Origin: the human T2T-CHM13v2.0 reference genome, Homo sapiens
Assembly (NCBI RefSeq): GCF_009914755.1
Contig: NC_060926.1
Direction: 5' to 3' (one strand)
DNA: 64,000 nucleotides
Shown here: one piece after another, positions 60,233 to 64,000 of the stretch
Layout: the number at the start of each line of letters is the position of its first letter
Position numbering within the stretch: the stretch's first letter is position 1
Translations under genes and position numbers: made by a program
Notes under the pieces: model-generated
The model's database searches: none
Seen by the model: the letters and a program-made list of their open reading frames with translations, nothing else
Told to the model about the DNA's origin: nothing

Positions 60233-61180
60233 AGACCTCTTGAGTCTTAAACTCCTCTGTAGTTCCAGCCACCCTTTAGCACATGACTCTGTTAATTTTG
60301 TTCTCACTGTCTGAAATCATCTCCTGTCCACTCTTGACTGACAGGTCTCTGCACTAGCCCACTGCTTAATCAGAGTAGGTCCCTGTCAACTTATTCATAT
60401 TGTGTCCCCATGCCAGTGTGGATGATTAAAATTGTTGAGTGGAGGCTGATCAGATGAGCCATCTCCTTCCAAGTCCTCACTTGCTGGCTCCTGTCTTAGT
60501 TTTAGTCCCCATTCTTCAAAGAACGTGAGCCCTGGAAAGTATTTTAGTCATTTAGTTCAGTGCCTTTGGATGGGAGGATCACATCCCTGGGTCCCGTCCT
60601 GCAGACTGTTTTGCTCTAGCTGACTAGGCAGGATTCCCTGCCTTCTCTCACTTCGGCATGGGACTTCCTTCTGAAATTGCTGCTCAGTCAAGAGAATGAC
60701 CTTCCCCAACATAATCCTACTCCACAGGGACTTAAAGGTGTGTCAGAGATCTCTTGCTCATCTTTCTGGCCAGGTGCCAACGTCAGTTTATAGCCAAGGG
60801 ACAAGACTAGTTAGCAGATCAGGCAGGTCTTAGACCCCAGCGTAAGTGCCAGACTTCTAGCTGCAGTTGTTCCTGCCCACACTGGGCGTTCAGGTGGAGA
60901 GAGGGCATGGCACTACACTGAGCTCTCGGCGAAACCCAGGACTCTGAAATCTCGGTGTCAGCCCCAGGCCACTCTCTTCAGCAGAACTTCAGTCAGTCCT
61001 GTCACTAGGAGATGGGACCCTGCCTGATTGCATTCTTACAAATGGCTACATTGACAAGGGGACTAGACTTGACTGAGTGGAGATTGGGGGAAAAGGAAAT
61101 AAGCCCTCAGTGCTTTCTCTGAGCACATCACCCTTGCTGGCTTAGCATCTATTGTTTGTCAGAAGACTTAGCTATTATCT

Positions 61181-61953
<773 letters not shown>

Positions 61954-63610
61954 TAGATAACTGGATTTCAAGGAATTAACCTTTGTGAAATCTAGCATGT
62001 TCTTTGACTTCCTTCTTCTAAAGGTTGATTTTATAGGAGGCAATATTTTAAAGTATCAAGGCCACCTGGGAATTCATTTCAAGCTCACTTTGTGCCAGGG
62101 AAGGGAAATTTTACTGAAAATTTCTTTTAAGTTCTAGCCAGAAAAAAAGCAATCTTAAGAATAAGGAAATAGACCCATCATTTTAAAACCCAGAAAAGAA
62201 CCTTTCAACATAGCATTCCCCAGGTACCAAGCCTCCCTGATTAGTAGGAGGTTGCTTTGATTGTGACTGGTCAGGAACATACCTGGCCCTCCTCACCAGT
62301 GTGTAAGTTCCTGGAGAGCTGTGACAAAATCGCCCACATCCACTCCTCCTGTGCCAACTTACCTATAGTATGCACTTCACAAATGGGCTGGTGGATTGCA
62401 GGGGGCACTCAGTGGATAAGCCAGAAAAAACAAAGAGGGGTTTATATGTAGCTTTGCCCTCTCAGCTATGTCCCCAGAACTCAACTTCCTGGCTGGATGT
62501 CCTCATGTTCAAAATGTGGACATCAAGACCTACCTCTCAGAGTTATTATAAAGATAAACAAAGTCACACATGGGAAATCACCTAACAGAGATGGACGTGG
62601 TTGACAAGCAGGAAAGATTCGTTTGCCCTCCTCCCTCCTCCTTCCTTTCCTTCCTAATGAGGATAGCCTTGTCTTCATTGCTGCCATCGAATCTCTGATG
62701 TCAGTGGTCACCCAACAGGGATCAGTGGTCACAGGTGGGCATGTGTGTTAAGACTGCAAAGTGTTCCCTGGTAACGTTTACTCATAAAGCAGTCAGCTGG
62801 CCTGAGCTGCAGTAGGGATGGGGAATGCTGCTCCAGCATGCATCTCTGTCCCTAGGTCTCATCCGTTCCCTGAGGCCTTTGTCTGAATGGAGACCTGCAT
62901 TGGGCTCACCACAGGCTCATACTCAGGCTCAGGATCAGGGACGTCTTGAGTTTTCCAGCATCCTTAACAATTTAGCAGCACACATTCTCAAAGGTTTGAT
63001 ACCTTTCATATAATATTTTTAGTACTGCTAGGAAGACACAGATGAATTAAATATGGGTACTTCTCTTCTGGGAACTTATTATCTTGAGTACAAGGAATTA
63101 AGAGTAGGAGGTGAGAAGAGGCACTCCCTTTGGCCACCCCCATGGTCTGGTGACTCTTGGAATCATGTTCACAGATGTCCGCCTCTTGGATGACAGCCTC
63201 CAGCCTTCCTGCTTTCTCACCCTCTCTCTTCTCAAAGCACCAGTGATTTGTCCTTTTCAGAATCGCGAACCCATAGATATCCCCTCTCTCTATCGGCCCT
63301 TTCTGCTTTTCCGTCCTTTTTGATCCAGCTTAATTTCTGTGCCCCATCTCTTCAACCATTTTCTTGCTGGTCTCTTCAGCACCCTTCCCATTTTTATTCC
63401 ATTACACTCACCAGACAAAACTTCAGGCTGGGTTGTATCGCTAGTCTGCTTCCTCTGTATCTCCACTGGGGCTGCTAGAGGAGGTTGGGAAATGAGTTTA
63501 CTCAGCCTCACAGGTGGTTGCTACCATTGGCACAGGACCACCACCCCCCACTGGGCTCTCACACTGCCCACCAGTCCTACAAAGCTTTCCTAGTCAGCTG
63601 CCCACAGTGA

Positions 63611-64000
63611 TGTAGAAGGAAAATAAATCTTGGGGCCTCCAAATCACTAAGCTAAAGGGAAAAGTCAAGCTGGGAACTGCTTAGGGCAAACCTGCCTCCC
63701 ATTCTATTCAAAGTCACCCCTCTGCTCACTGTGATAAATGCATATCTGATTGCCTCCTTTGGAAAGGCTAATCAGACACTCAGAAGAATGCAATTGTTTG
63801 TCTCTCACCTACCTGTGACCTGGAAGCTCCCTCCCTGCTTCAAGTTGTTCTGCCTTTCTGGAGGGAACCAGTGTACATCTTACATATATTCACTGATGTC
63901 TCATGTCTCCCTAAAATGTGTAAAACCAAGCTGTGCTCAGACCACCCTGAGCACATGTGGTCAGGACCTCCTGATGCTCTGTCATGGGTGGGTGTCCTCA
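63611..64000 (+). mobile_element. MER4A-type ERV1 LTR, runs off window
   Basis: ggaaaataaatcttgggg...aaatcactaagctaaagggaaaagtcaagctgggaactgcttagggcaaacctgcctcccattctattc. Confidence 0.82.

Noticed and set aside
60600-61010. Possible further upstream IL1B enhancer at about -9.5 kb
   Set aside because: Only one ETS core and a few CpGs seen; not enough to support from sequence alone

Overview
Human DNA (a young AluYb-lineage element, many other primate Alus) containing the complete IL1B gene on the minus strand. It has 7 exons, a TSS near 51270, a CDS from 50720 to 44852 and an intact 269-aa pro-IL-1beta with the YVHD/APV caspase-1 site. Also visible are the 3' UTR AU-rich elements, the poly(A) signal, the proximal promoter (TATA, PU.1, C/EBP, NF-kB) and the known -3 kb upstream inducible enhancer. 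From known gene order in the chr2q14 IL-1 cluster, 1-44 kb should be the IL1A-IL1B intergenic region, with IL1A just off the left edge (not visible here). That region is largely Alu, MaLR/ERV1 LTR, L1/L2/MIR and DNA-transposon remnants, with several unique islands of clustered inflammatory TF motifs. I found no second protein-coding gene and no convincing new biological system. Best leads: (i) an NF-kB/ETS/AP-1 cluster wrapped round a (CAGTAG)9 repeat at ~26.6 kb; (ii) a GAS-bearing MER41 LTR nested in a full-length MST provirus; (iii) a candidate CTCF site at ~16.25 kb; (iv) a young AluYb insertion; (v) a MADE1/miR-548-type hairpin; (vi) a readable promoter haplotype (-31T, -511C). Repeat subfamily names, rs numbers and many repeat boundaries come from recall and hand reading and need RepeatMasker/dbSNP confirmation.
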